Shown: positions 27,065-36,555 of the stretch, piece after piece
Position numbering within the stretch: position 1 is the first letter of the stretch
Layout: each line of letters starts with the position of its first letter
Virus record (IMG/VR): IMGVR_UViG_3300047160_014545
Location: 17,625-81,624 of that record
Source of the DNA: a virus
Lineage: Duplodnaviria > Caudoviricetes
DNA: 64,000 nt
Direction: 5' to 3' (one strand)
Notes under the pieces: generated by a model
What the model was told of the DNA's origin: nothing
What the model saw: only the letters and a program-made list of their open reading frames with translations
Databases searched by the model: none
Position numbers and translations under genes: made by a program

Positions 27065-28015
27065 TCAAATCACCGCCGATATCACGGCAGAGATAGATTT
27101 ACCGCCCTGATCGGCGGTTATTTTTAGTGAATGGTCCCCCTGATCCGCCGATGTCAGCGCTTGCGCTGTGACCAGGATCGAGCCAGAGATGCGGAAGAGG
27201 GGACTACCACTGACCGACAATGTTCCGGTAAATGCCGAACCATCGGACATAACGACTCCGATCGTGGTCACTAGAGTGCCAATAGGGGAGGTCGGTGGTA
27301 TTTGCGCACTTTCTGGCGAGAAGGTGATATCAGATGGAGTTGCTCCAGCGACTACAGCTGAGGTGGCCCATACGGTTTGGGTGGCGGACATCGCTAAAAC
27401 ATTTGAAACCAGCGACAAGTATTCATTAGTTCTATCATTTAGAATTGTATAGCCGCCGCCGCTGGCTTTGATTGTCCAGGTGTCACCGGTGGCATTTTCT
27501 GTTACCGTGCCGTCGTTGGCGTCCGCCATAAAAGCTCCGGTAATTTGCCCACCGCCGCTTGCGACCAAAACATTACTCAGTTTTGAACCATCCCACACCC
27601 ATTGTTGGCCGGTGCCAGTATTGGTTGGATAAATCTGCACGTATGGTGTAGCGCCCCAATATCCGTGCCCGCCGTCGACCGAATCGCTACCAGACGCAAA
27701 ATTATAAGTCCCGTTAGCCAGAGATTGAATGGGAGGGATAGTGGCGGCGGTAACGGTTACAGGAAATATAGCATTTCCCGAATCCACAGGGCTAGCGCTT
27801 GTTCCATTGATGCCTACGGAATAATGCCCCGCTAAAATCGGAGTGACTCTTGTTACTAAATTACTCCCCGATATCTCAAAAAGATCTCCCCCTGTGACTA
27901 TTGTATAGGCACAGGTTATCACCGTGCCCGGTGGTTGCTGCGCGCTGAGCACGCCCACCACTGTCCCCTTATTTGCGTTGGCGGCGATCGTTAGATTGCT
28001 GATACCAATAATCAT
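27065..28015 (-). CDS. Cadherin-like / ricin-B-lectin-like multidomain protein
   Basis: Two GT(V/L)V...FxISGS.LVT cadherin-like units flank a central QIYPTNTGTGQQWVW lectin-like region. Confidence 0.6.
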   Translation of the reverse strand: MIIGISNLTIAANANKGTVVGVLSAQQPPGTVITCAYTIVTGGDLFEISGSNLVTRVTPILAGHYSVGINGTSASPVDSGNAIFPVTVTAATIPPIQSLANGTYNFASGSDSVDGGHGYWGATPYVQIYPTNTGTGQQWVWDGSKLSNVLVASGGGQITGAFMADANDGTVTENATGDTWTIKASGGGYTILNDRTNEYLSLVSNVLAMSATQTVWATSAVVAGATPSDITFSPESAQIPPTSPIGTLVTTIGVVMSDGSAFTGTLSVSGSPLFRISGSILVTAQALTSADQGDHSLKITADQGGKSISAVISAVI

Positions 28016-28159
28016 GGAATCTCTCCTTCTCTTATCACTCGGGCCACGGATTGGGCGGTCGCGGCTTTTTTACCTTATCCGGTTTGTATTTGCGTAGTTG
28101 TTTTTGCCGTTTCATGCGTCTGGATTCGGCGGTGTAGGGTTTCGTCGGGCGAAATTTTC

Positions 28160-28672
28160 TCATTTTCCCTCTCGCACCGTCACGTCACGATAGGCAGCCT
28201 CGGGCAGCCATTCACCAGAACGCGTGCGGATGACGCATTCCTGTAGCGGGCCCCAAGATGTCTCGATGCCAGCGGCTCGCCAGCGGCTGTGACAGCTGGC
28301 CGCCGCTAACCACATGCATCCGCCGACCATGATTGACAGCACACAAACACAAATACTCGCAAATGTAGCAAACCCAACCCAATCTCTAGTATGTCCATAT
28401 TCGTCATAAAATAGCCTCGGCAGCTTGCGGCGCTTTCTTCCTCCTTTGAACTGATCCTGAGCATCTCGAATAATCTCATCAAAGGCCTTGTCCGCTGCAG
28501 CTAGCTCGGCATAGGAACTAAGTAGATTTATCGGCTGCGGAACGATTCTGATTTTCCCGCATTCTACGCATTTCTTGTTTGGCCGTATTTGCCCGCTCAT
28601 TAGCGGCAAACTAATCCAATTAGAATGGTCGCATCTTTGCGTCAACGCACGGTCTTTATCGTCCTTTGTCAT
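28160..28672 (-). CDS. Hypothetical membrane protein
   Basis: 170 aa with one hydrophobic helix. Confidence 0.45.
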   Translation of the reverse strand: MTKDDKDRALTQRCDHSNWISLPLMSGQIRPNKKCVECGKIRIVPQPINLLSSYAELAAADKAFDEIIRDAQDQFKGGRKRRKLPRLFYDEYGHTRDWVGFATFASICVCVLSIMVGGCMWLAAASCHSRWRAAGIETSWGPLQECVIRTRSGEWLPEAAYRDVTVREGK

Positions 28673-28869
28673 TTTTCCTCTCCATTTTTTAGCTGTTCGG
28701 GATGCTCGAGCAGATAGGCCATCGCCAGGCGCACCACGCGCGGCACCGGGTGACCGATATCGCCCGCCTCGTAATAGGCGATGGTGCGCAGCCCGAGATC
28801 GAGGGCGGCACCCGCCTGCGGCTGGGTGAGCCCGAGCTCACGCCGCCATTTCTTGAGGGTGAGTTCCAT
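28669..28869 (-). CDS. XRE-family HTH regulator
   Basis: LKKWRRELGLTQPQAGAALDLGLRTIAYYEAG. Confidence 0.85.
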   Translation of the reverse strand: MELTLKKWRRELGLTQPQAGAALDLGLRTIAYYEAGDIGHPVPRVVRLAMAYLLEHPEQLKNGEEK

Positions 28870-28873
28870 TTAT

Positions 28874-29182
28874 TCATCTTTCTTTTGCAGCGGGATCGTC
28901 CGGCTGATTGCTGTCATCCCAGCCAAACGGCGACGGCAACTTATCGTAATACCGCGCAAAAATTACCCTGTCGTTAGGCGCTATTTCGCTCGCGGCACGC
29001 TGGTCCCAGGTTCGATGAATAAAGTCCGGCAATCCGAATACCGCTATCGCACGGTGATATTGACCGCTCTCGGCAAACCCTACGAAGTGAGCCGCTGTCG
29101 GTGCATCAGCAAAGACATCATCCACCGGCGCACGATGCAACCTCACGCACAGTACCCGCTCAAAACAGAGGAATTTGTTCAT
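28874..29182 (-). CDS. Conserved phage protein (HFVGF...PDFIHRTWD)
   Basis: Motif seen; start uncertain. Confidence 0.5.
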   Translation of the reverse strand: MNKFLCFERVLCVRLHRAPVDDVFADAPTAAHFVGFAESGQYHRAIAVFGLPDFIHRTWDQRAASEIAPNDRVIFARYYDKLPSPFGWDDSNQPDDPAAKER

Positions 29183-29213
29183 ACAGGGCTCCGCGGAGGC
29201 GGGACAAATAGCA

Positions 29214-29552
29214 TCAGAGGGCTTTGGTTTCATTCCAGAGTCCCATAAGCGGCAAAGGACGAAAATCGTCGTTGCCGAAAGCCGCCGCAAGATCAACCGG
29301 GACACCATTCATCCCAGCTGATATCGCGGACAAGAACCGCGCAGATCGGGTGATTTGTTCTTTTTCCTTCTCATCTGTGGTTTCTAAATGAGCGGCAGTC
29401 AATGCTGCTGTGAACCGCAAATCATCATCCGTAGACAGCCAAAATTGATGCGCCGCCCTCATCGCTTTACGCAGACGCTCTGTAAGAGCCGGCTCATTCG
29501 CACATTCCGGTCTAATAGATGTAACAGCTATCATCAAAACGGCGTTATTCAT
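29214..29552 (-). CDS. Hypothetical protein
   Basis: 112 aa, coupled to DUF4942. Confidence 0.5.
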   Translation of the reverse strand: MNNAVLMIAVTSIRPECANEPALTERLRKAMRAAHQFWLSTDDDLRFTAALTAAHLETTDEKEKEQITRSARFLSAISAGMNGVPVDLAAAFGNDDFRPLPLMGLWNETKAL

Positions 29553-30355
29553 GCTGCCGCCCTCCGACCATCGGCCAGCACCTCACCATAATAGTCGGCA
29601 ACAATCTTATTTGCCTTGGCGACAAGGTCCGGCTTTTTGAAGATGACGTGTAGATTGCCGTTGCGATACAGCTGGAACCGGAAATATTCGGTCTCGCATT
29701 CCCGCTCGTGCTTGTGGCTGGCCTCGCCGACAACGGTTCCGGCATCGTTCAGGTGAGACGGCGGCTGTTTGCCGTCGAGCACATGAAACATGCGGTCGAC
29801 ATCGGCCACCAGGTCGCGCTTGTAGCCGTAGAACCCGCCGTGCTGCGACAATGCGTAATCGAGGATCATTTTCTTGCCCAGCCGAAACGCGTCGTTGTTC
29901 GCATAGTGCCGGCTCAACTTTTTGAACACATTGACCAGGCTCTGCTGCAGGATCGAGCCGCGGCGGTCACGCAGGCCGGTAAACGTGCTGATCAAGTTGT
30001 CGAGCGTCACCTCGGGCGGATCCTTGCGGACCTGCTCCTGGAATGCTTTGAGCGTCTCCGCGTCCATCAGCGATTTAAGCTCGGTGGCACCGATGAGATA
30101 GGTCCATACGTCGCAGTCGACCTCGCGCTTGACTTCCTCCATCGCCTTGTCGACCGAGGAATAACGCAGATCGACCGCACCGCGCTGGCTTAGGCTCTCA
30201 GGGAAATACGAACCGGGTGCCGCAAGCTTCTGCGCCTCGTGCGCCTTGCTGATCCATTCGAGCCCGAGCTTGAAATACTCCAGCGCCCGATTGCGGTGGC
30301 CGATTAATTCCTCGGCCGAGCCCTTGCGAATGATTTCGTGGCTGGTTGAGATCAC
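29549..30355 (-). CDS. DUF4942 protein
   Basis: TLDNLISTF...NVFKKLSRHYANNDAFRLGKKMIL...ETEYFRFQLYRNGNLH. Confidence 0.75.
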   Translation of the reverse strand: MISTSHEIIRKGSAEELIGHRNRALEYFKLGLEWISKAHEAQKLAAPGSYFPESLSQRGAVDLRYSSVDKAMEEVKREVDCDVWTYLIGATELKSLMDAETLKAFQEQVRKDPPEVTLDNLISTFTGLRDRRGSILQQSLVNVFKKLSRHYANNDAFRLGKKMILDYALSQHGGFYGYKRDLVADVDRMFHVLDGKQPPSHLNDAGTVVGEASHKHERECETEYFRFQLYRNGNLHVIFKKPDLVAKANKIVADYYGEVLADGRRAAA

Positions 30356-30364
30356 TTTCTTCCC

Positions 30365-30565
30365 CTATGTGCGTTCGAGAACTTCGGGGCGGCCACTGTG
30401 CGCCCCTCGAATCAATACGCTGCTGCCATCGTCGAAAATGACGACCTCGCCGCTCAAACCGTGCGATCGCTCGCCGCCTAATTCTGTCGCATACTGAAAC
30501 AACACCGTTCGATAATCCAGCCCGTTGTCTCGCACGGCTTTTGCAAATTCATAAGCCTTCGTCAT
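30365..30565 (-). CDS. Hypothetical protein
   Basis: 66 aa. Confidence 0.5.
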   Translation of the reverse strand: MTKAYEFAKAVRDNGLDYRTVLFQYATELGGERSHGLSGEVVIFDDGSSVLIRGAHSGRPEVLERT

Positions 30566-30582
30566 CTTTCCTTCCTTGTCCC

Positions 30583-30948
30583 CTATAGCTCGCGCCAGGA
30601 CGTAAACCCGTGGCGCTCATGGCCGTATTCCCGGCAATTCTGGCAGAACGCCATATGAAATTGCTCGTCTTCCTTCGGATGATAATTCAGCCCCGGCATG
30701 GCTCGAGCCTGGCGAGAGGCAATCCACACCGCTGGCGCGCCGCATTCATGCCCATAGGTACCCATTTGCGCATTTTGACAGAACGCATGCGCGACCAAAA
30801 AATCAATCGCCGCATCCCGATCCGGAAACCGCTGATTTGTATGGGTGCAGACAAATTCATCGCGGATGCAGGACACCGTCCCACGATAATGCCCGTCGAC
30901 AGAAATCGACCAGTCGCGCTCAGAGCGCTGATTTATTTCGGTTGCCAT
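30583..30948 (-). CDS. Hypothetical Cys-containing protein
   Basis: Probable ATG at 30948 (MATEINQ). Confidence 0.5.
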   Translation of the reverse strand: MATEINQRSERDWSISVDGHYRGTVSCIRDEFVCTHTNQRFPDRDAAIDFLVAHAFCQNAQMGTYGHECGAPAVWIASRQARAMPGLNYHPKEDEQFHMAFCQNCREYGHERHGFTSWREL

Positions 30949-30955
30949 TTTAAAC

Positions 30956-31252
30956 CTACGCTGTCGGGCAAATCGGCAGATGCCGGCACGCTCGCCATAA
31001 GAGTGAGCGAAGATGCGCCCGCGGAACCGCCATCGCGCGACTCCCCTGGGCGGGGAAATGCACGACATCGAGACCCGCCAGCGGCGTGTCCGATATCACC
31101 AGCTTGCCCGGCTCGCTGCCTTTCGATGGGATCACAAAGATGGCGATATCGTTCGAGTAACCGCGCATCCGAAATGCCGAGTCCAGTGATGCCTGAACAG
31201 ACGCCGTTTCCTGGTCAATCCAGGCGTTGTAAGAAAAATCTCCGTAGCTCAT
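30956..31252 (-). CDS. Hypothetical protein
   Basis: Probable ATG at 31252 behind AGGAGCGGAGAGG. Confidence 0.5.
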   Translation of the reverse strand: MSYGDFSYNAWIDQETASVQASLDSAFRMRGYSNDIAIFVIPSKGSEPGKLVISDTPLAGLDVVHFPAQGSRAMAVPRAHLRSLLWRACRHLPICPTA

Positions 31253-31468
31253 CGTCAGTCCCTCTCCGCTAGGAGGTCCGTTAGCCAAGCCGGTAATAGC
31301 TGCTGCCGACATATGTACCGTGCAGCCCGGCTAGGTCTTCCAGCCGGTCGTATTCCTTTTGCTCCTTCCGAGTCCGCTCTTCAGCGTAGGTCGGCAGTAG
31401 CAGTTCGGCAAAAACGCTTGGCGTTGATACATGGAAAAACTTATAGCCTTCTGGTGCGTAGTTCATTT

Positions 31469-32290
31469 CTATAATCCCCATTTCTCGGCACAAATCGGGC
31501 CTATGCCAGCCTCGATTGATTTCCCGACGGTTAGTGTTCTGCCGCAGCATGAGCAGGTGCCGGTGCGCTGCCCATAGCGAACCGCCTCGCCTCGCGGGTC
31601 GGCGGCGATATCCGAAAGCGCGGGAGCCAATTTGCCGGTGTAGGCGGTGCCGATGATTTTTCCGAGATAATCATCGTTCTCGCTCTTGACGTAGAGAGCA
31701 CCGGGATTTTTCCCGATGTCGGACGCCCGAGTGATGATGAGCCCCGCCGCCCGATACACAGGGCGCTTGTAGCCGTTGGCGCGCGCCGCCTCGAACATGG
31801 TACGGATCGGCGATAGGTCTACCACCGCATCGCCCGCATGCCGCTCAGCGGCTCTCTCCGCCGTCCGGACCGCTACTTTGGCGGCCATGCTGCGGACCGC
31901 CCGCACTTGCCCATCTGTAAGACTGCCATATTCGGTTAGCTTGCTCGCCAATTCGACCACAAACGGCGACCACGTGTTCTGCGCCAGGAAGGGCGCGACA
32001 TCAGGATATTGCTCGTCAAAAGCCGCACGCGCCTCGGCGAGCCGGCGCGCCTTGCTGGCGGCTTTTTGCGCCCGGGCCTTTTGCCGATCGCGTTCACTTG
32101 TCAAAAAATATCCCTTGCCGCTGCACGCAAAACAATCGCTGCGCGTCTGATGCGTGCGCACGCCACGGTATTTTCCGGTGCCGCCACAGGCCTGGCAGGG
32201 AAAGCGCTCGGTCTTCGCATCCGGACCGCGCTTCTCGCTGACAACCGCGGTGTCGAGATCGTCAGCCGGGAAATCGTCTTGCAAGGTCAT
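31469..32290 (-). CDS. DUF6011 protein with N-terminal Zn-finger
   Basis: CQACGGTG...CFACSGKG and CSCCGRTLTVGKSIEAGIGPICAEK. Confidence 0.75.
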   Translation of the reverse strand: MTLQDDFPADDLDTAVVSEKRGPDAKTERFPCQACGGTGKYRGVRTHQTRSDCFACSGKGYFLTSERDRQKARAQKAASKARRLAEARAAFDEQYPDVAPFLAQNTWSPFVVELASKLTEYGSLTDGQVRAVRSMAAKVAVRTAERAAERHAGDAVVDLSPIRTMFEAARANGYKRPVYRAAGLIITRASDIGKNPGALYVKSENDDYLGKIIGTAYTGKLAPALSDIAADPRGEAVRYGQRTGTCSCCGRTLTVGKSIEAGIGPICAEKWGL

Positions 32291-32514
32291 CACAATAATC
32301 CCATCGCGATTGCGAGTGAGCAGAACGGACGCCAATCTTTGGGTTTCGCCAAGGCTGTAGGGAAAGGAATGAGCCGCACGAGGCGCGGTTGCATATGAGC
32401 GGTGTCGATAATCAAAGTGCGATCATCGCATGTCAGAACCGGGCAGGGCGCGGGACCGGAAACAGATTTGCGGCGGGGATGATAAACGCTGATTTCCATC
32501 GCAGCTATCTCCGC

Positions 32515-32829
32515 TTAAAGATGCGTGTAGAGCCCGGTGAGCCGGGTGAAGGATTCTTGTAAATCGTCGCAATAGATGGCGCTCTCTGAAGCGATGACCT
32601 TGATCAGGTTTGCCGCCCGCGCCGAGCAGCGGAAAGCCTCGACGGTATAGGTGTCGCTCGGGTCGAGAGTGACGCGAACATGCGTCACCCGGGCCTCGCC
32701 GTGGCGGGCATTTGGCACCCGCATCGAAAGATAATTTTCGCCGCCGACAAAGCTATTTGCGCCGGTCATCACCTGGAACCGCCGGCCGCCAAGCTGCTGA
32801 AGGATGATTTGCGGAACTTCGTGCATCAT
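32515..32829 (-). CDS. Conserved early phage protein (ILQQLGGRRFQVMTGA family)
   Basis: Motif seen directly; function unknown. Confidence 0.65.
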   Translation of the reverse strand: MMHEVPQIILQQLGGRRFQVMTGANSFVGGENYLSMRVPNARHGEARVTHVRVTLDPSDTYTVEAFRCSARAANLIKVIASESAIYCDDLQESFTRLTGLYTHL

Positions 32830-33020
32830 TCGCCTCCGCGCATAAGCAGCGAGAGAGGCGCGGCACCGCCGCCGACCAAATAACGCCCTTGCCGCTGCAA
32901 CGCATCGAGCGCCTCGATATATTCCGGATCGTCGCGGTCGAGCGCCTCATCAAGATCGCACTCGCCCTCAAGCGTTTGAGTGCCGGTGTTTTGATCGATC
33001 GTATAAATCTTAATTTTCAT
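32826..33020 (-). CDS. Hypothetical protein
   Basis: First gene after the leftward promoter; RBS AAGGA. Confidence 0.55.
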   Translation of the reverse strand: MKIKIYTIDQNTGTQTLEGECDLDEALDRDDPEYIEALDALQRQGRYLVGGGAAPLSLLMRGGE

Positions 33021-33060
33021 CGCAGGGATCCTTTGTTTTCGTTCGCTTTCGATAACGCAT

Positions 33061-33089
33061 CATATGCATCGCGTCGGCGGGCATGTCAA
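33061..33089 (-). promoter_or_regulatory. Leftward sigma70-type promoter
   Basis: TTGACA-17 nt-CATATG. Confidence 0.6.
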
Positions 33090-33188
33090 CCATTTTTTTG
33101 GCGTGCGCGCGATTTTTTCCGGGCGGAAAATCGAGGGAACCCGCCGAAAACGGCTCCGGAATATTTTTTGTTTTTCCGAAAAAATATG

Positions 33189-33217
33189 TTGACACCCGTC
33201 TCCGAAAGACGCATATT
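33189..33217 (+). promoter_or_regulatory. Rightward sigma70-type promoter
   Basis: TTGACA-17 nt-CATATT; spacer contains TCTCCG. Confidence 0.65.
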
Positions 33218-33262
33218 ATTCATGCAAACACGACGACACCACCCTTTAAGGAGCACCCGCAA

Positions 33263-33496
33263 ATGGCGAAGATGACCGAACAACAAACCCGCCGCGCCCT
33301 GCTCGCGATATGCGATGCGCTCGTCGAATCCGTACAGGCGGCCGGTTCGCTCGGTGCCCCGGCGGGCGTCATGTATGCCGTGCTTATGCAGCATGGGTGC
33401 AGCCTCGATCAATTCAACCAATTGACGGGCGCGCTCGTTTCGCTCGGCAAGTTGCGCCGGCAAGGCGACCTGTTTTTCGTCGGCACGGAGGCCTGA
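33263..33496 (+). CDS. Hypothetical (winged-helix-like) protein
   Basis: ATG behind AAGGAG; 77 aa. Confidence 0.6.
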   Translation: MAKMTEQQTRRALLAICDALVESVQAAGSLGAPAGVMYAVLMQHGCSLDQFNQLTGALVSLGKLRRQGDLFFVGTEA

Positions 33497-33497
33497 A

Positions 33498-33848
33498 ATG
33501 CGCGGTTCATTCTACACCCCACGCGAAAGCCTGATCCCGAAAGGGGCGCAAAAGATTTCCGACAAGCTCTCGGATGCGGTCGCCTATCTCTACCCTGCCG
33601 GTAATGGCAAGCCTGCGATGATGGTCTTCTACGGCAAGCAGGCGAAGCCGGTGGCCCGATTCTTTTACGTCGATGAAGCGAGCCGCGAAGCGGCCGTAAA
33701 ACGCTATTTTGATGCGCGCCAACAGCACAACGCCAGAAATATCGAAAGGGCCACTCCAGCGCTTCCCCAGGGGCTCGCAGACACCATCTCGCGGAACTGG
33801 GCCCGGAAGCGGTCGAGGCATTCCGCTCCGCCATGGAAGAATTCTTGA
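33498..33848 (+). CDS. Early phage protein, possibly truncated
   Basis: IPKGAQKISDKLSDAVAYLY...FYGKQAKP N-terminus, then loss of protein-like character after HNARNIER. Confidence 0.5.
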   Translation: MRGSFYTPRESLIPKGAQKISDKLSDAVAYLYPAGNGKPAMMVFYGKQAKPVARFFYVDEASREAAVKRYFDARQQHNARNIERATPALPQGLADTISRNWARKRSRHSAPPWKNS

Positions 33849-34003
33849 CCAGCCCTGGCAAGATGCGCGCCTGGAAGAATGGTGACACTGACCGATTCAC
33901 CTACCGCATTCAGGTGTTTCGCGTTTCGACAGCGAAGAGAAAGCTGCTGATTGGCATATCCGGTTTTCACGCAAGTCGGCCTAACTCCAAAGGAACCAAA
34001 AAA

Positions 34004-34729
34004 ATGGCTCAATCCCTGCAAATCGTTTCGTCCGAGAAATCCCGCCCGACAGCAAAGCGCCGCGGCATCAAGGCATTCTCGGTCACCTCATTGTGCGGAC
34101 ACACCATGTATCCGCCGCCGGTAGCCTGTGCCGAATTTGCTGGCGGTGAAAAAATCCGCATGTCTTTCTGCCAGATGGCGGGCAAGCCGTGGGACTTCAC
34201 CCGAGCTCGGCGGCTCTTGGCGCAAACCATCGGCAACGAGCGCGGCCGCAGCACCCCGGTGCACCATAAGGATTTGGAAAACCTGCGGCGCAAGGTCGAG
34301 GCGGCGCGCACCCTGGCGGCTCGGCCTGGCTCGGCCGGCGAAGGCGATGCCGCGAAGCGCGCGCTGGCGCGGCTTTCGAAGTCGGAAAAGCTTCTCGCCG
34401 AGAAGCAGGCAATGGCAGCGGCCTTTGATGCGCTCAACGTTTACACCCGCGTCTATGCGCCCGCCACCGACTTTGTTTTGTTCTGGGTCGAGCACGACGG
34501 CAAGAGGATCGATCCAGCCAAGATCGAGGCACCCGCCAGAAAGGCGCTAGGGAGCCCCAGGAAGCGCGGAAGCTCCCCGGTGGCCATACCTACCCCGGAA
34601 CCCGCAAAGAGACCTCGAAACCATGGAAAAAGGCGGCATAAAGATGGCCATGAGCATAATAATCGATCGCGCCTACATCGAGCAGCTCTCCTGGCGCTTC
34701 GCCCGGACCATGCCGCAATGGCCGCATGA
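34004..34729 (+). CDS. Hypothetical protein
   Basis: ATG 34004 behind AAGGA (MAQSLQIV). Confidence 0.55.
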   Translation: MAQSLQIVSSEKSRPTAKRRGIKAFSVTSLCGHTMYPPPVACAEFAGGEKIRMSFCQMAGKPWDFTRARRLLAQTIGNERGRSTPVHHKDLENLRRKVEAARTLAARPGSAGEGDAAKRALARLSKSEKLLAEKQAMAAAFDALNVYTRVYAPATDFVLFWVEHDGKRIDPAKIEAPARKALGSPRKRGSSPVAIPTPEPAKRPRNHGKRRHKDGHEHNNRSRLHRAALLALRPDHAAMAA

Positions 34730-34997
34730 GTACACGGTGCGGGCTCGGGACGGCTCGGCTCGGGATCATGCCTATTTAGTGCTGTGGCAAACCATCCGAG
34801 ACCATGGCACCGAGGAAACTTTTACCGGCACCCGCCAGCCGTCGACCAAGAAATACCTCTATCCTGGTGACGGTTGGCGCTACTGGTTCGAAAATCCGGA
34901 TCCGCACACAAGCCGGATAATCAACCGGAACCGGGTGGAGGAAGCGGAACGGCTGCGAGCTCTGGGGCTACTCTCCGCACGATCTTTGCCCGAGTAG
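34644..34997 (+). CDS. Conserved phage protein (WRFARTMPQWPHEY...IINR)
   Basis: Motif seen; convergent on the GNAT gene. Confidence 0.6.
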   Translation: MAMSIIIDRAYIEQLSWRFARTMPQWPHEYTVRARDGSARDHAYLVLWQTIRDHGTEETFTGTRQPSTKKYLYPGDGWRYWFENPDPHTSRIINRNRVEEAERLRALGLLSARSLPE

Positions 34998-35367
34998 CCA
35001 GCACCAGCCGGACCCGCGTCGCACCTGCGGTGGTTCGCTTTCCGACAACCTGGAAACCCTTGGCCGTATAATGTGAGGGATAGTAGGCATACGCATCGAC
35101 ATACGCGACGCGCCCGCGGCATTCCGCAATGTGTCGGTCAATTAACGCTCCAGCGACCCCCCGGCGCCGCCAAGCACCATCGACCCACATGCCGCGAGAC
35201 CGAGCGCGGCCGTTCGCCATTGTGAGCCCGCCCACCGCTACAATGACGCCATCCTGATATCCGGCAAACCATCGGGTGTTGGCCATCTCGCCAAGAGTGA
35301 CGCGGTCCTTGGCAGCGGCTTTTTTCAGATGGGCGATTTCCTGATATGAAACCTCTTTAATTTTCAT
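34921..35367 (-). CDS. GNAT-family acetyltransferase
   Basis: Motif A WVDGAWRRRGVAGALI; YTAKGFQVVG. Confidence 0.75.
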   Translation of the reverse strand: MKIKEVSYQEIAHLKKAAAKDRVTLGEMANTRWFAGYQDGVIVAVGGLTMANGRARSRGMWVDGAWRRRGVAGALIDRHIAECRGRVAYVDAYAYYPSHYTAKGFQVVGKRTTAGATRVRLVLATRAKIVRRVAPELAAVPLPPPGSG

Positions 35368-35368
35368 C

Positions 35369-35941
35369 TTATCGCTTCACATAGAATTTGCTGCCGCAAT
35401 TATCGCAGAGCACCTCGAGATAGTCGGGCTCTTGGATATCGACGAGATCAGCTGCCGTTAATTCATCCTTATCGGCACCATCCCCCCTAGCCTCGGCAGC
35501 TGGCGAAGCGGCCGGCGACTGGGCAAATGACAGATTGAGTTGCGGCAACTCTGTTTTGAAGTCCAGCACTGCGAGGTCGAATTCGAATGGGAGGTTCAAG
35601 CCGGCGAGTTCGCTGCCGAGCAAATCGTGGTCCCAAAGCGAAAACTCCTGCACCCGATTATCGGCGATCCGGTCGAGTTTGTTGGTCTCTGCATCGTTGT
35701 CGGTGTAGACGCATGGCAGCTCTTTCATGTTGAGCCGACGAGCGGCCTGCCATCGCGTATGGCCTTTTACGATGACATTGTTGCGGTCGAGAACGAGCGG
35801 AACATTAAACCCGACTTTGGGCAATATCTCGACCAATTTAGCAACGGTTTGATCGTTTCTGCGGGCATTTCGCTGATAAGGCTTGATCCGCCCAATTGGG
35901 ACCATCTCGATTTTGCTGACGACGTCTACCATGGGAATCAC
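35369..35941 (-). CDS. ParB/Srx-domain protein
   Basis: IKPYQRNARRN...GFNVPLVLDRNNVIVKGHTRWQAA...RIADNR. Confidence 0.85.
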   Translation of the reverse strand: MIPMVDVVSKIEMVPIGRIKPYQRNARRNDQTVAKLVEILPKVGFNVPLVLDRNNVIVKGHTRWQAARRLNMKELPCVYTDNDAETNKLDRIADNRVQEFSLWDHDLLGSELAGLNLPFEFDLAVLDFKTELPQLNLSFAQSPAASPAAEARGDGADKDELTAADLVDIQEPDYLEVLCDNCGSKFYVKR

Positions 35942-36555
35942 GATCCTTTGGTTTTCAGCCGGCTTTCAATCTGCCGCGGCGTTTCCAGCGCCCGCGAATA
36001 TTCCGCATTTTCATAAAGCTTGGCATATCCGGTAATATGTTTCAACCGGGCAAGCTCCTCGGGCTCCAGGCCAATTTCCTCACAGATCTGTTTATTCCCC
36101 CATCCGTTCTCGAGCATTGACATCACGAGCGTACCCATGCCCTGGATGCTGTGCTTGCCACGAGCCCGGTTGTGGCGGACGGTCGAAGCCATGCGGTCAT
36201 TCAGCGACTTGTCGAGCACGACGATTGGCAGCAAACCATGGTTGCGCTCGTATATGTCGCGGAACCGCTTCATTACTGTGAAGCGATGGAGCCCGTCTAT
36301 GATAATCCAGCCATCCCGCGCATCATCCCTGATAGTGACAATAGGCATCGTGTACCCATCGTGCTTTATCGACGTGTACAGCAGCCGCAGCTCGGAGATA
36401 GCTACATTATTGGGGTTATAATTGTTAGCAAATACTTTCTCTATCGGCACCCAAATGACATTGCTTACAGGATTGTGGCTCAGATCAGGTGCGGACATGA
36501 GGCCTCTGATCAATAGCGATTTTCTTCGCCTTTGATTTGGTGCCGTCAACGTCAT
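35938..36555 (-). CDS. IbrB/YbdM-like ParB-domain protein
   Basis: VFANNYNPNNVA...SIKHDGYTMPIV...IIDGLHR...MASTVRHNRARGKH. Confidence 0.85.
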   Translation of the reverse strand: MTLTAPNQRRRKSLLIRGLMSAPDLSHNPVSNVIWVPIEKVFANNYNPNNVAISELRLLYTSIKHDGYTMPIVTIRDDARDGWIIIDGLHRFTVMKRFRDIYERNHGLLPIVVLDKSLNDRMASTVRHNRARGKHSIQGMGTLVMSMLENGWGNKQICEEIGLEPEELARLKHITGYAKLYENAEYSRALETPRQIESRLKTKGS

